Shown here piece after piece: positions 1 to 8,107 of a stretch of DNA of 64,000 bases (the first letter of the stretch is position 1; each line of letters starts with the position of its first letter). Both the position numbers and the translations under genes were made by a program. Origin of the DNA: an uncultured Acidobacteriota bacterium. GTDB taxonomy: Bacteria; Actinomycetota; Acidimicrobiia; Spongiisociales; ZC4RG35. Below the pieces are notes generated by a model that saw only the letters and a program-made list of their open reading frames with translations, made no database searches and was not told the origin of the DNA. The DNA lies in the NCBI GenBank assembly GCA_963828465.1, contig CAWHEU010000020.1:203635-267634 (forward strand). Reading direction: 5' to 3'.

Positions 1-612
1 ATCCCGATCGGGAAGGGCCTTGGCTCATCTGCGGCAGCCTCCGTCGCCGGCATCGCCGCAGCTCTTCGCCTGACCGGGGAGAAGCCAAGTCACGATCGTG
101 TCTACCGGCTTGCTGTGGAACTGGAGGGTCATTCAGACAACGTTGCCGCTGCCGTATACGGCGGCCTGGCGCTGGTGCCGGCGGAGGGCATGCCGCTCCG
201 ACTCCCGATCCACCCCGGGCTCCAGGTGGTGCTCGCGGTGCCCGACCGTCATCTCCCCACGGAGCAGGCGCGGCGGGTCATCGAACACTCTCATCCCCAG
301 GACCGGGTCCTGCGCAGCCTGTCACGAGTCTCTGCCCTCACTGCCGGGCTCATCACCGGCGACCCGGACCTTCTCGGGGCGGCTCATGGGGACGAGATCC
401 ATGAGCAACCCCGAGATGAGATCTCACCCGAGGTGGCAGGTTTGATCGAGGTCGGGAAGCGTGCCGGCGCCCTTCATGCCGCGCGGTCCGGGGCCGGGCC
501 GTCTGTCATCGCCTTCTGTACGAGCGACTCGAGGGAAAAGGTCGCCGCCGCCTTCACCGAGGCTGGCGTGGATGCACTCACACCGCAGCTGGCCACTACC
601 GGTCTGGTCTAG
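1..612 (+). CDS. thrB: Homoserine kinase (5' truncated by window edge)
   Basis: Frame 1 reads IPIGKGLGSSAAA (GHMP motif), EGHSDNVAAAVYGG and SGAGPS. Confidence 0.93.
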   Translation: MPIGKGLGSSAAASVAGIAAALRLTGEKPSHDRVYRLAVELEGHSDNVAAAVYGGLALVPAEGMPLRLPIHPGLQVVLAVPDRHLPTEQARRVIEHSHPQDRVLRSLSRVSALTAGLITGDPDLLGAAHGDEIHEQPRDEISPEVAGLIEVGKRAGALHAARSGAGPSVIAFCTSDSREKVAAAFTEAGVDALTPQLATTGLV

Positions 613-649
613 TCGGCGAAGAACGCCGCTAGGAGTGAGGCGGAAAGCA

Positions 650-745
650 GACGAACCAGGTGCGGGGTGGTGGCACCACACCTGGTTCTCAGGGAGGATC
701 CCGGTCGGGGGGAGCCGAGCGGGTCCGGCACTTGGCCTTGCTGCT
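650..745 (-). ncRNA. 6C RNA (actinobacterial sRNA with two C-rich loops)
   Basis: Minus strand: GCAAGGCC..GGACCCGCTCGG-CTCCCCCC-GACCGGGATCC, then GAACCAGGTG-TGGTGCCACCACCCCG-CACCTGGTTC; two adjacent hairpins with C-run loops. Confidence 0.8.
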
Positions 746-805
746 GATCGATGTTTTCGTCAGGGGAACGATCGACCTGCATGGGTCCGCGGACCTATGA
801 ACGGT

Positions 806-831
806 GACAGAATCCGCCCTATGCCGGACAC
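806..831 (+). promoter_or_regulatory. Putative ECF sigma promoter (GACAGRATCC-N10-GGACAC), copy 1
   Basis: gacagaatcc-gccctatgcc-ggacac lies just upstream of the ECF gene; a second copy with the same spacing is at 1331-1356. Confidence 0.65.
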
Positions 832-834
832 TGG

Positions 835-1392
835 GTGGTAGTGAGCTCCGAAGGCGAGCGGCGAGACCGCTTCGAATCGCTCGTCGCCGATGTGTACGAC
901 CCGTTGCAGCGCTATATACGTCGTCGCGTCACGGCCGACGAAGCGGGCGATGTCCTCTCCGATGTCTTGCTCACCGTGTGGCGTCGTCTCGAGGATGTGC
1001 CCGAGGGCGCCGTCCTGCCGTGGTCCTACGGCGTTGCAAGGCGAACAGTCTCTAATCACCGCCGCGCCGCCTCGCGGCACCTGAAATTGGTTGAGCGACT
1101 CGAGGCGGAGCGATCCCCGGCCGTGGACGACGACCCGGCGCGGCAACTGGAAGATCCTGAGCTGGCCGAGGCGATGGCAGGCTTGCCTGCCGCCGACCAG
1201 GAGATCCTCCGTCTCTGGGCTTGGGAGCAACTCGAGCCGCGGGAGATCGCCCTGACACTGGGCAGCACGGCCAACGCGGTGAGTCTTCGGCTCAGCCGTG
1301 CTCGGAAGAAGTTGGCCGATGCGATGGCTCGACAGGATCCCTCCGCTCCCGGACACATAGGGGATGAAACCGCCGAGGAGAATCGACGATGA
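835..1392 (+). CDS. ECF RNA polymerase sigma factor (start may be GTG 841)
   Basis: Sigma2 (DVLSDVLLTVWRR, PWSYGVARR) and sigma4 (LPAADQEILRLWAWEQLEPREIA...SRARKKL) regions. Confidence 0.92.
   Translation: MVVSSEGERRDRFESLVADVYDPLQRYIRRRVTADEAGDVLSDVLLTVWRRLEDVPEGAVLPWSYGVARRTVSNHRRAASRHLKLVERLEAERSPAVDDDPARQLEDPELAEAMAGLPAADQEILRLWAWEQLEPREIALTLGSTANAVSLRLSRARKKLADAMARQDPSAPGHIGDETAEENRR
1331..1356 (+). promoter_or_regulatory. Putative ECF sigma promoter, copy 2 (inside the 3' end of the sigma gene)
   Basis: gacaggatcc-ctccgctccc-ggacac, 32 nt upstream of the partner gene ATG. Confidence 0.6.
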
Positions 1393-1982
1393 CAGACCAG
1401 CTACGTGAACGGCTAGCCCGTCTCGATCCGATGCACCAAGGCGTGGGCACAGAACCACCGTCCAAAGAGCTGTTGGAGGGCATCATGAGTACACCAGTCG
1501 TAGAACAACCTGAGACCGGGCCGGAACAAAAGTCCAACCGCTGGCTCGTCGGCATCGCGGCCGCTGCCGCGCTCGTTCTGGCCGTTGGGGGCGTGATCGC
1601 GCTCACCGGTGGTGGGACGGACCCGGTGGCTTCCGAACCCCCGCTGGAGCTGACCGCGGGAGGCGAAGATCTCACGGCAATGTGCATTGTCTTCAGCGTC
1701 GAGGAGCTGGCCAAGGCGCCACTCGCCTTCGAGGGAACCGCTACCGCGGTCGACGGAGACACCATCACTCTCGATGTCGACCACTGGTTCAAGGGTGGCG
1801 ACGCCGGCCAGGTCGTGCTCAACGCACCACCCGGCATGGTGGCACTCATCGGCGGGATCCCGTTCGAGACCGGCGGTCAGTACCTGATCACCGCCTACGA
1901 CGGGAACGTCAACTACTGCGGGTTCAGCGGTCCCTCGAACCCTGAGCTGAGATCCGCCTACGAGCAAGCCTTCGGAGCCTGA
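1389..1982 (+). CDS. Single-pass membrane protein, putative anti-sigma/ECF partner with a TIMP/NTR-like extracytoplasmic domain
   Basis: ATGA overlap with sigma gene; TM segment WLVGIAAAAALVLAVGGVIAL; C..AFEGT..WFKG..F..G.QYLITA..C pattern. Confidence 0.7.
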   Translation: MTDQLRERLARLDPMHQGVGTEPPSKELLEGIMSTPVVEQPETGPEQKSNRWLVGIAAAAALVLAVGGVIALTGGGTDPVASEPPLELTAGGEDLTAMCIVFSVEELAKAPLAFEGTATAVDGDTITLDVDHWFKGGDAGQVVLNAPPGMVALIGGIPFETGGQYLITAYDGNVNYCGFSGPSNPELRSAYEQAFGA

Positions 1983-1998
1983 ACCCCTGCTCGACTGT

Positions 1999-2032
1999 GA
2001 AGGGGAGAGGCCGGTGAGGGCCTCTCCCCTTC
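1999..2032. terminator. Strong hairpin between convergent genes
   Basis: gaaggggagaggcc-ggtgag-ggcctctccccttc, perfect 14-bp stem. Confidence 0.65.
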
Positions 2033-2055
2033 CGCGATTCCATCGCCTCGTCGTT

Positions 2056-3336
2056 TCAGTTGTTGGCCTGGTACCAGGCGGCCCAATCGTCGAGGTTGTC
2101 CATCATCAGGTTGGCGCAGTCGGGTGAGAATGAGTAGGCACATCCGGCCGCCGCATATTCGGTGCTCAGCTCACCACCCTCGGCAAACGCCTGGAAGCTC
2201 TCATTGAGCTCGGCGTCCTCCGGGTATCGGTCTTCGTGCCAGCCACGGGCACCTATCGTTGAGATGACTCCGAACGTCCTGTTGATTACCGCGGCCGGCT
2301 TGCCCACTGCCTCGTTGAGTGCGTTCGAGTAGTGGACGTCGCATCGGACGAGCGCTTCATCCGCGGTTTCACAGTTCTCCAGCGACACCTGGGCCCCCAG
2401 GATCGATTCGTACTGGACTTTGAGGGTCAATGGGTCGGTCGGGTCCGAGCAAGCACCAAATTCGGCGCTCAAGACCGCCGCTGCCACACAGTCCCCGCCG
2501 TACCAACTCGAGATCACGTCCTGGACGGCAGCCAGATCATCTCGCGATTGGTACCAATCCGCCCACGCCTCGACGTTCTCCAGTTGGATCGCGGCACACG
2601 ATGTGGGGAACGGACCCGCGCCGATGCACTCGTCGTAGCCGTCGTACGACCCCTCCAAGGCGAGGAACGACCCCATCGATAGGAGCGCCCCGTGGTGGAC
2701 GGGGAACGCGAACTCAACGATTTGCCCGTCGCTGACCCTCACTTCAAATGTCTCGCCGGGATCGACGAACCCGATGGCGTCGGTCAATGAGTTTCCGTAA
2801 CGGTAGATGCAGTCGATTGCATCGCCACTGGTCCCCGGCTCGGTGCAATCGAGGTCCACCTGCCCTCCGATGGCTTCCTGATATGCGGCCTCCGTGGCTA
2901 TCTCCTCGTCGTTGGGCCATGCCAGGTCGAACAGCCCCGCTGCCGTCGTGGCGTCTCCGGAGTACAGGGCGGCGGCACCAGCCTCGATGATCTCGCCATC
3001 AGACATGGCCTCGGGCTCGAGGACCGTGGTCGGGGTGGGGACGGTGGTTTGATCGACCACCTGGCCATCATCTCCACTGAAGGCGAAATACAACCCACCT
3101 ATGGCGAGGACGACGGCAAACGCCGCCAAAGCCCAGGCGAGACCTCGCCCCGGACCGGGACTCTTCGTCGTCACCGGTTGATCTGTCTTGGTCATGAAAA
3201 CTCCCTCTCGTCGTTTCGTAGCAACGACCAGGGGATCGCCGGCCAGTTCGGCCTCGATACGCTCGATCAACTCCTCCGCGCCGACAGGGGTTCCTCTCTC
3301 ACTGAGCTGGTGCAGCTTGTTCGTGAAGTCAGCCAC
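2056..3336 (-). CDS. Single-pass membrane protein with a tandem duplicated Cys-containing (SnoaL/NTF2-like) domain; ECF partner
   Basis: Overlaps ECF stop; TM GLAWALAAFAVVLAIGGLYFAF; two ~155-aa repeats ending ENVEAWADWYQS and DNLDDWAAWYQA. Confidence 0.7.
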   Translation of the reverse strand: MADFTNKLHQLSERGTPVGAEELIERIEAELAGDPLVVATKRREGVFMTKTDQPVTTKSPGPGRGLAWALAAFAVVLAIGGLYFAFSGDDGQVVDQTTVPTPTTVLEPEAMSDGEIIEAGAAALYSGDATTAAGLFDLAWPNDEEIATEAAYQEAIGGQVDLDCTEPGTSGDAIDCIYRYGNSLTDAIGFVDPGETFEVRVSDGQIVEFAFPVHHGALLSMGSFLALEGSYDGYDECIGAGPFPTSCAAIQLENVEAWADWYQSRDDLAAVQDVISSWYGGDCVAAAVLSAEFGACSDPTDPLTLKVQYESILGAQVSLENCETADEALVRCDVHYSNALNEAVGKPAAVINRTFGVISTIGARGWHEDRYPEDAELNESFQAFAEGGELSTEYAAAGCAYSFSPDCANLMMDNLDDWAAWYQANN

Positions 3337-3838
3337 TGGCCACCTCCAATGCGAGCCGCGCCTGCTTCCTGGCTCTACTCGCCATCGCTCTCGCCGCCAT
3401 CGTGGTCATCCCCAACTGATCCGCCGCCTCCGCGTAGGGCACACCCTCCACCTCGACGAGATAGAGGATGGCCCTGTGCTTTGGAGGAAGATCGAGAATC
3501 GCCTCGATATCGGCCGGATAGCTGGGCGACCAGCTCTCCTCGACGGTTAGCCGAGCTACGGCCTTCCGCCGACGACCGAGGCTGCGCCGTTGGTTAGAGG
3601 CCAGGTTCACGATCGTCGTCCGGAGGTAAGCCAGCGGATTGTCGAGGTCGGATATGGACCCTCTCCTCAACACCTTCACTAGCGCCTCCTGAACCAGATC
3701 GTCCGGCTCGACATCAACGGAGCCCGCCACCGCGGCGATCCTCCGCAAGGCCGGGTAGAGAGCCGTAATCAGCTCCCTCTCCCCATCCCCTACCGAAGAT
3801 CGCTTTGGCAATCGAAGTTTCTCCCTGTCGTCACGCAT
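3329..3838 (-). CDS. ECF RNA polymerase sigma factor (start may be TTG 3811)
   Basis: DDLVQEALVK, LAYLRTTIVNLA, LPPKHRAILYL..EGVPYAEAADQLG. Confidence 0.9.
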   Translation of the reverse strand: MRDDREKLRLPKRSSVGDGERELITALYPALRRIAAVAGSVDVEPDDLVQEALVKVLRRGSISDLDNPLAYLRTTIVNLASNQRRSLGRRRKAVARLTVEESWSPSYPADIEAILDLPPKHRAILYLVEVEGVPYAEAADQLGMTTMAARAMASRARKQARLALEVASG

Positions 3839-3904
3839 AAAGACACCGCTTCACCACGTTGTGTGACACACATTCGTGCCGGTTCCGTCACTATGCACCG
3901 AGGT

Positions 3905-4810
3905 TCACGACTCCAGCGCGGCGGCGATCAGCGCCGTATGTCGCAGGCGGGCCTCGTCAACACTGATCTCGACCCCCATCGACTGCCAAGCGGGCACCCA
4001 AATTTCGATATCGGGCATCGGGCGACAGAGGGCCAACAGTTCCCAATAGTGCAGATCCTCGAGGGTTCGGCCGGAATGTTGCCGGTAAACCTCGACGAAA
4101 ACCTCGGCCGCCCCGGTCAGACCCAGCAGCTTCATATCGAGGGCGCAGTAGGCGACATCCAGTGCGGGGTCGGCGATGGCGCCGCCCTCCCAATCGATCA
4201 CCGCGGCCAGCTTCTGCTCGGTCCAGAGGGTGTTGCCCGGCCAGAAGTCATGGTGAACGTAGACCGGAGCCTCGGGCTTCAGGGAGGCGAGGATCTCCTC
4301 ACGTTTTGCCCAAAGCTCCATGCCGAGCGGGTGCCGGCGCAACGCGGCCAGGGTGTCCGCATCGGATTGGTGACCGTCCGTGTGGGCCAGCACCGGGAAG
4401 AGGTCCCGATCCGCGGACGCAGGCTGGATCCGATGGATCTCGATGAGCGCGTCTGCCAGTTGAGAGGCCCAATCGTTCGGATCGGTCGGATCCAGAAGCA
4501 CGGCTCCTTCGACGTAGGAGATGACGATGGCGCGTTCCGGGAAAAGCCCCGACCTATCGATCCATATTGGAGATGGAGCACTAATGCTGCGGTCAACCGC
4601 CAAGGTGAGGGCACGGAATTCGCTTTCCGCAGGACTGGTCTCTCCAGATTCGGGAAGCCAATAGCGCTTCAGCACTACTGGCTCGCCGGGCTCGTTCCCG
4701 ACGATGAGCACGTCGACTGTCCCACCGAGACCGCCGACGATTCGGCGGTCGAAGCGTGTGGGTCGCCCGAGCTCTCGCCCGAGGGCGTCCAGCTGCTCGA
4801 GGGTGGGCAT
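3905..4810 (-). CDS. Aminoglycoside phosphotransferase (APH/choline kinase) family protein
   Basis: HHDFWPGN catalytic motif, VIDWE, DPALDVA. Confidence 0.88.
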   Translation of the reverse strand: MPTLEQLDALGRELGRPTRFDRRIVGGLGGTVDVLIVGNEPGEPVVLKRYWLPESGETSPAESEFRALTLAVDRSISAPSPIWIDRSGLFPERAIVISYVEGAVLLDPTDPNDWASQLADALIEIHRIQPASADRDLFPVLAHTDGHQSDADTLAALRRHPLGMELWAKREEILASLKPEAPVYVHHDFWPGNTLWTEQKLAAVIDWEGGAIADPALDVAYCALDMKLLGLTGAAEVFVEVYRQHSGRTLEDLHYWELLALCRPMPDIEIWVPAWQSMGVEISVDEARLRHTALIAAALES

Positions 4811-4864
4811 AGGCGCGTAGTGATCCATGCCGGTCAGGGTGTTCCCAGGCCTTTCGACCACGTC

Positions 4865-4893
4865 TTGACTATCCCGGCACCCGTTCCCATACT
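4865..4893 (+). promoter_or_regulatory. SigA-type promoter for the cimA leader
   Basis: TTGACT-N17-CATACT. Confidence 0.75.
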
Positions 4894-4903
4894 GAGCGAC
4901 AGT

Positions 4904-4948
4904 ATGAGAGGAATGACCGAGCCGCGCACGCCCATCATCATTCCCTAG
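4904..4948 (+). CDS. Ile-rich leader peptide (MRG)MTEPRTPIIIP of the cimA attenuator
   Basis: ATC ATC ATT codons just before TAG; lies between the promoter and the terminator. Confidence 0.7.
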   Translation: MRGMTEPRTPIIIP

Positions 4949-4982
4949 GGGCCCGCGCCGACTAGGCGCCCGCCCCTGCACC

Positions 4983-5012
4983 GGACCTCCGCAAGCCGCG
5001 GGGGTCCTTTCT
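4983..5012 (+). terminator. Attenuator terminator upstream of cimA
   Basis: ggacctccgc-aagcc-gcgggggtcc followed by tttct. Confidence 0.7.
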
Positions 5013-5027
5013 ATTGGCAGGACGACC

Positions 5028-6602
5028 ATGAACAAGACAGCCGAGATCTACGACACAACGCTGCGGGACGGAACCCAGGCCGAGGGCCTCTCACCGACGG
5101 TGGGAGAGAAGCTGCGCGTCGTGCGGCTGCTCGACGAGCTTGGCGTCCATTTCATCGAAGGGGGATGGCCAGGGGCGAATCCCAAGGACGACGAGTTCTT
5201 TGCGCGGGCCACCAAGGAGCTCGACCTGGAGCGAGCCCAGCTGGTCGCCTTCGGTTCCACACGGCGGCCACGTGGCCTGGTGGAGCGCGATCCCCAGCTC
5301 CAGGCGCTGCTCGATGCCGACACCGATTTCATCTGCATCGTCGGCAAGTCATGGGACCGCCACGTGACCGATGCCCTCAATACCTCCCTGGAGGAGGGTC
5401 TGGACATGGTGGGGGAATCGATCGCCTTCCTTCGGGAACGAGGGAAACGGGTTTTCTTCGACGCCGAGCACTTCTTCGACGGCTTCCGCAACAACCCGGC
5501 GTACGCCCTTTCGGTGGTGGAGACGGCTGCGGGCGCGGGCGCCGAGCGGGTAGTTCTCTGCGACACCAACGGTGGGGCCCTTCCCTCCGACATCGCCCCA
5601 GCGGTCGAGGCGGTCTCTGGGCAGGTCGAGACCGTTCTGGGAGTTCATTTCCACAACGACTCCGACTGCGCAGTGGCCAACTCGCTCACGGCCCTCTCTC
5701 TCGGTGTGCATCAGGTGCAGGGCTGCATCAATGGATACGGCGAGCGCACCGGCAATGCCGATCTCTGCTCCGTGATCCCAAATCTCAGCCTGAAGTCAGG
5801 TGTGGAGACGATCCCTGCTGACTCACTGGCTCGCCTCTACCCGATCGCCCAGCAGATCGCCGACATCCTCGGCTCCCCCATTGACTCCAAGCGGCCATAC
5901 GTCGGGACCTCGGCCTTCGCCCACAAGGGGGGGCTGCACACTTCGGGTCTGGCTCGTCTCGAGGGTGCCTACGAGCATGTCAACCCCAGTGCCGTGGGCA
6001 ACTCTGCTCGGATGCTTTTCAGTGAGCTGATGGGTCGAGCAACGGTGCTCACTGTCGCCCGGGAGAAGGGATGGGACCTCGATCCGGACCGCGCCCAGCA
6101 GCTGGTTGAGCAGGTAAAGCGGCTCGAGCATGCCGGATACCAGTTCGAGGCGGCCGATGGCTCATTCGAGATGCTGGTGCGGCGGGCCACCGAGGGATAC
6201 GAGGAGTTGTTCGAACTTGATGCGCTCTCCGTCAGCATCCAGGCCAATGGCGAGGTGACAGCCCGAGCCAACCTGACGCTGACGGTGAACGGCGAGACCG
6301 TGGAGGTATCGGCCGAGGGTGATGGACCGGTCAACGCGATGGACCAGGCTCTGCGCAGCGCACTGGTCGACACCCATCCCGAGGTGAAGCGGCTCCGGCT
6401 GACCGACTACAAGGTTCGCGACCTCGACTCTTCCGACGGAACCGCCGCACGGGTGCGGGTCTTGATCGAGACCACGAATGGAGAGTCGAGTTGGGGCACT
6501 GTCGGCGTCCATCAGAACATCATCGAGGCCTCATGGCAGGCCCTCAGCGAAGGAATCCTCATCGGGCTGTTGCGACACGGGATCGAGCCCGAGCTGGGCT
6601 AG
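5028..6602 (+). CDS. cimA: Citramalate synthase (LeuA/CimA family)
   Basis: YDTTLRDGTQAEG, GGWPGANPKD, VGKSWD, FDAEHFFDG, GYQFEAADGSFE, L.DYKVR: bacterial CimA subfamily signatures. Confidence 0.9.
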   Translation: MNKTAEIYDTTLRDGTQAEGLSPTVGEKLRVVRLLDELGVHFIEGGWPGANPKDDEFFARATKELDLERAQLVAFGSTRRPRGLVERDPQLQALLDADTDFICIVGKSWDRHVTDALNTSLEEGLDMVGESIAFLRERGKRVFFDAEHFFDGFRNNPAYALSVVETAAGAGAERVVLCDTNGGALPSDIAPAVEAVSGQVETVLGVHFHNDSDCAVANSLTALSLGVHQVQGCINGYGERTGNADLCSVIPNLSLKSGVETIPADSLARLYPIAQQIADILGSPIDSKRPYVGTSAFAHKGGLHTSGLARLEGAYEHVNPSAVGNSARMLFSELMGRATVLTVAREKGWDLDPDRAQQLVEQVKRLEHAGYQFEAADGSFEMLVRRATEGYEELFELDALSVSIQANGEVTARANLTLTVNGETVEVSAEGDGPVNAMDQALRSALVDTHPEVKRLRLTDYKVRDLDSSDGTAARVRVLIETTNGESSWGTVGVHQNIIEASWQALSEGILIGLLRHGIEPELG

Positions 6603-6952
6603 GCCACATCGACCACGGTCACCATGCCTCTCATCCCCGAGTGCAGCGTGCACACATACGGATAGTCGCCGGCGTCCTCGAAGGCGTGGGAGAAGGTGCC
6701 CTCGGCCTGGACCTCACTCTTGAATCCATCGCCGGAGACGTCGTGTGACAGGCCGCCGTCCTCCCATACCCAGGTGACGGTGTCGCCTTCCTCGATCGTC
6801 ACGTGATCGGGATTGAATCTTTGGTCCTGAATACTGATGGTGGGGCTGGCGCCAACCGGTGGCGGGGCAGATGGCATGTTCGCGACACAGGCCGCGAGAG
6901 AGACCGCCAGAGCGAGCACGGCCACCGAAGCCACTGCTTTGTTCCGTCTCAT
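6599..6952 (-). CDS. Cupredoxin (plastocyanin/azurin-like) lipoprotein
   Basis: Lipobox LAAC; type-1 Cu ligands H(SHDV)...CTLHSGM. Confidence 0.9.
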   Translation of the reverse strand: MRRNKAVASVAVLALAVSLAACVANMPSAPPPVGASPTISIQDQRFNPDHVTIEEGDTVTWVWEDGGLSHDVSGDGFKSEVQAEGTFSHAFEDAGDYPYVCTLHSGMRGMVTVVDVA

Positions 6953-7000
6953 GGTTTGTTCCATGAGGCAAATTCGAACGCTTCATGGCCGGTTCATCAA

Positions 7001-7048
7001 TCGGGGACGACCCTGGCTTCACCCCCAAGCGTGTCGGGGATGACCCTG
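7001..7048. promoter_or_regulatory. Direct repeat TCGGGGA(C/T)GACCCTG x2, putative response-regulator binding sites
   Basis: 15-mers at 7001 and 7034, 33 nt apart, upstream of the cupredoxin. Confidence 0.45.
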
Positions 7049-7080
7049 ATCCCGACCTCCGATGGAAATCTGTGACCTGG

Positions 7081-7491
7081 TCAGCCGTCGCTCAGGAGAA
7101 ACTCCACGAGTGCGTCCAACTCCTCGGTGTCGACCGGCAAGACCGGCATCTGTCCGCCATAGCCGCTGACGAGGTAAGCCTGAGGATCCAGCACCGACTG
7201 TCTCACGTACTCCTCGGCGGTCAGCCCTTCAACGCGATCACCGGCTCGATGGGCCAGGTCTGTGAGGTCGGGACCGATGAAACCCTCGGAAACACCCGCA
7301 CGGGTGTGACAGCCCGTGCAGCCCTTGGTGAGGAACACGGTTTGTCCCTCGACTGACCCCGGTGCCGACCCGTCCGCTGCGGACGCCGCCTGTTGCGTAC
7401 CCGGGTCGATGGCGTAGACCGCCACCGTGGCCCCGACCAGCAGGACCACGATGGCGGCGGTTACGAGCAGACCGAGGCGACTAGACCGCAT
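7081..7491 (-). CDS. Membrane-anchored monoheme c-type cytochrome
   Basis: CTGCH heme motif, GPDLT, YVRQSVLDPQAYLVSGY..MP (CoxII-cytochrome c-like domain). Confidence 0.9.
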   Translation of the reverse strand: MRSSRLGLLVTAAIVVLLVGATVAVYAIDPGTQQAASAADGSAPGSVEGQTVFLTKGCTGCHTRAGVSEGFIGPDLTDLAHRAGDRVEGLTAEEYVRQSVLDPQAYLVSGYGGQMPVLPVDTEELDALVEFLLSDG

Positions 7492-7993
7492 CGGTTGCGG
7501 TCGAAGGATGCCTCTCGGTCCGGGGCCTGTTCCTGATCTGGTCGACCAGCAGCACCAGTGCCAGCAAGGCGGCGATTGGCAGCGCGATCCGGAGCGTGTT
7601 GATCAGCCCGGTGGGGACAGGGGCCGGGGCAGAGAGGACCGGCAGCGTGCCCAGTGCCTGCACGATCTGATCTCCTGAGAGGACTTCCCAGCGCCACTCA
7701 CCCGCCTCGGGGAGGGTTACTTCGGCCGTCCACCGGCCACTGCCCGATGGCGCCGCCGGGAATGTCAGATCCTCACCATTCGGTCCCTGAAAGTGGAGGG
7801 AAGAATCGCTGAGCGGCATCGGCTCTTTGCCATGGGCCAGAATCGTGTAGTCGAGGGTGTAGGGGGTGCCGGCATCGAAGTCGGATGGGAGCTCTGCAAA
7901 TGTGACTACCGCTACCGACCCGGCCAGAGCGGCCGGGGCCAGCGAGAGAAGGAGCAGAGTGGTGGGTAGGAGTACCCGGGTCAGGCGCTTCAT
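7481..7993 (-). CDS. Secreted YtkA/FixH-like Ig-fold protein with C-terminal TM
   Basis: RBS ggag; signal peptide MKRLTRVLLPTTLLLLSLAPAALA; GRWTAEVTLPEAGEWRWEV; C-terminal TM. Confidence 0.65.
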   Translation of the reverse strand: MKRLTRVLLPTTLLLLSLAPAALAGSVAVVTFAELPSDFDAGTPYTLDYTILAHGKEPMPLSDSSLHFQGPNGEDLTFPAAPSGSGRWTAEVTLPEAGEWRWEVLSGDQIVQALGTLPVLSAPAPVPTGLINTLRIALPIAALLALVLLVDQIRNRPRTERHPSTATDAV

Positions 7994-8024
7994 GTGATCT
8001 CCTCGGATCGTCGTCATCAGTCCA

Positions 8025-8088
8025 TACACCGAAGCCCTGCCCCGGGTTCCACGAAAATCGAGGGAACCAATCGGGCACGGTCGGTGTA
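8025..8088. promoter_or_regulatory. Back-to-back divergent ECF promoters GGAACC-N14-GGTGTA
   Basis: Minus copy 8050..8025 and plus copy 8063..8088, identical hexamers and spacing. Confidence 0.75.
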
Positions 8089-8107
8089 GGCAATAAGCGG
8101 AACGTCG

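Noticed and set aside
3905-4810. APH, MBL and Eis genes as an antibiotic-resistance island
   Set aside because: Generic superfamily members, scattered, with host-like composition and no mobility genes
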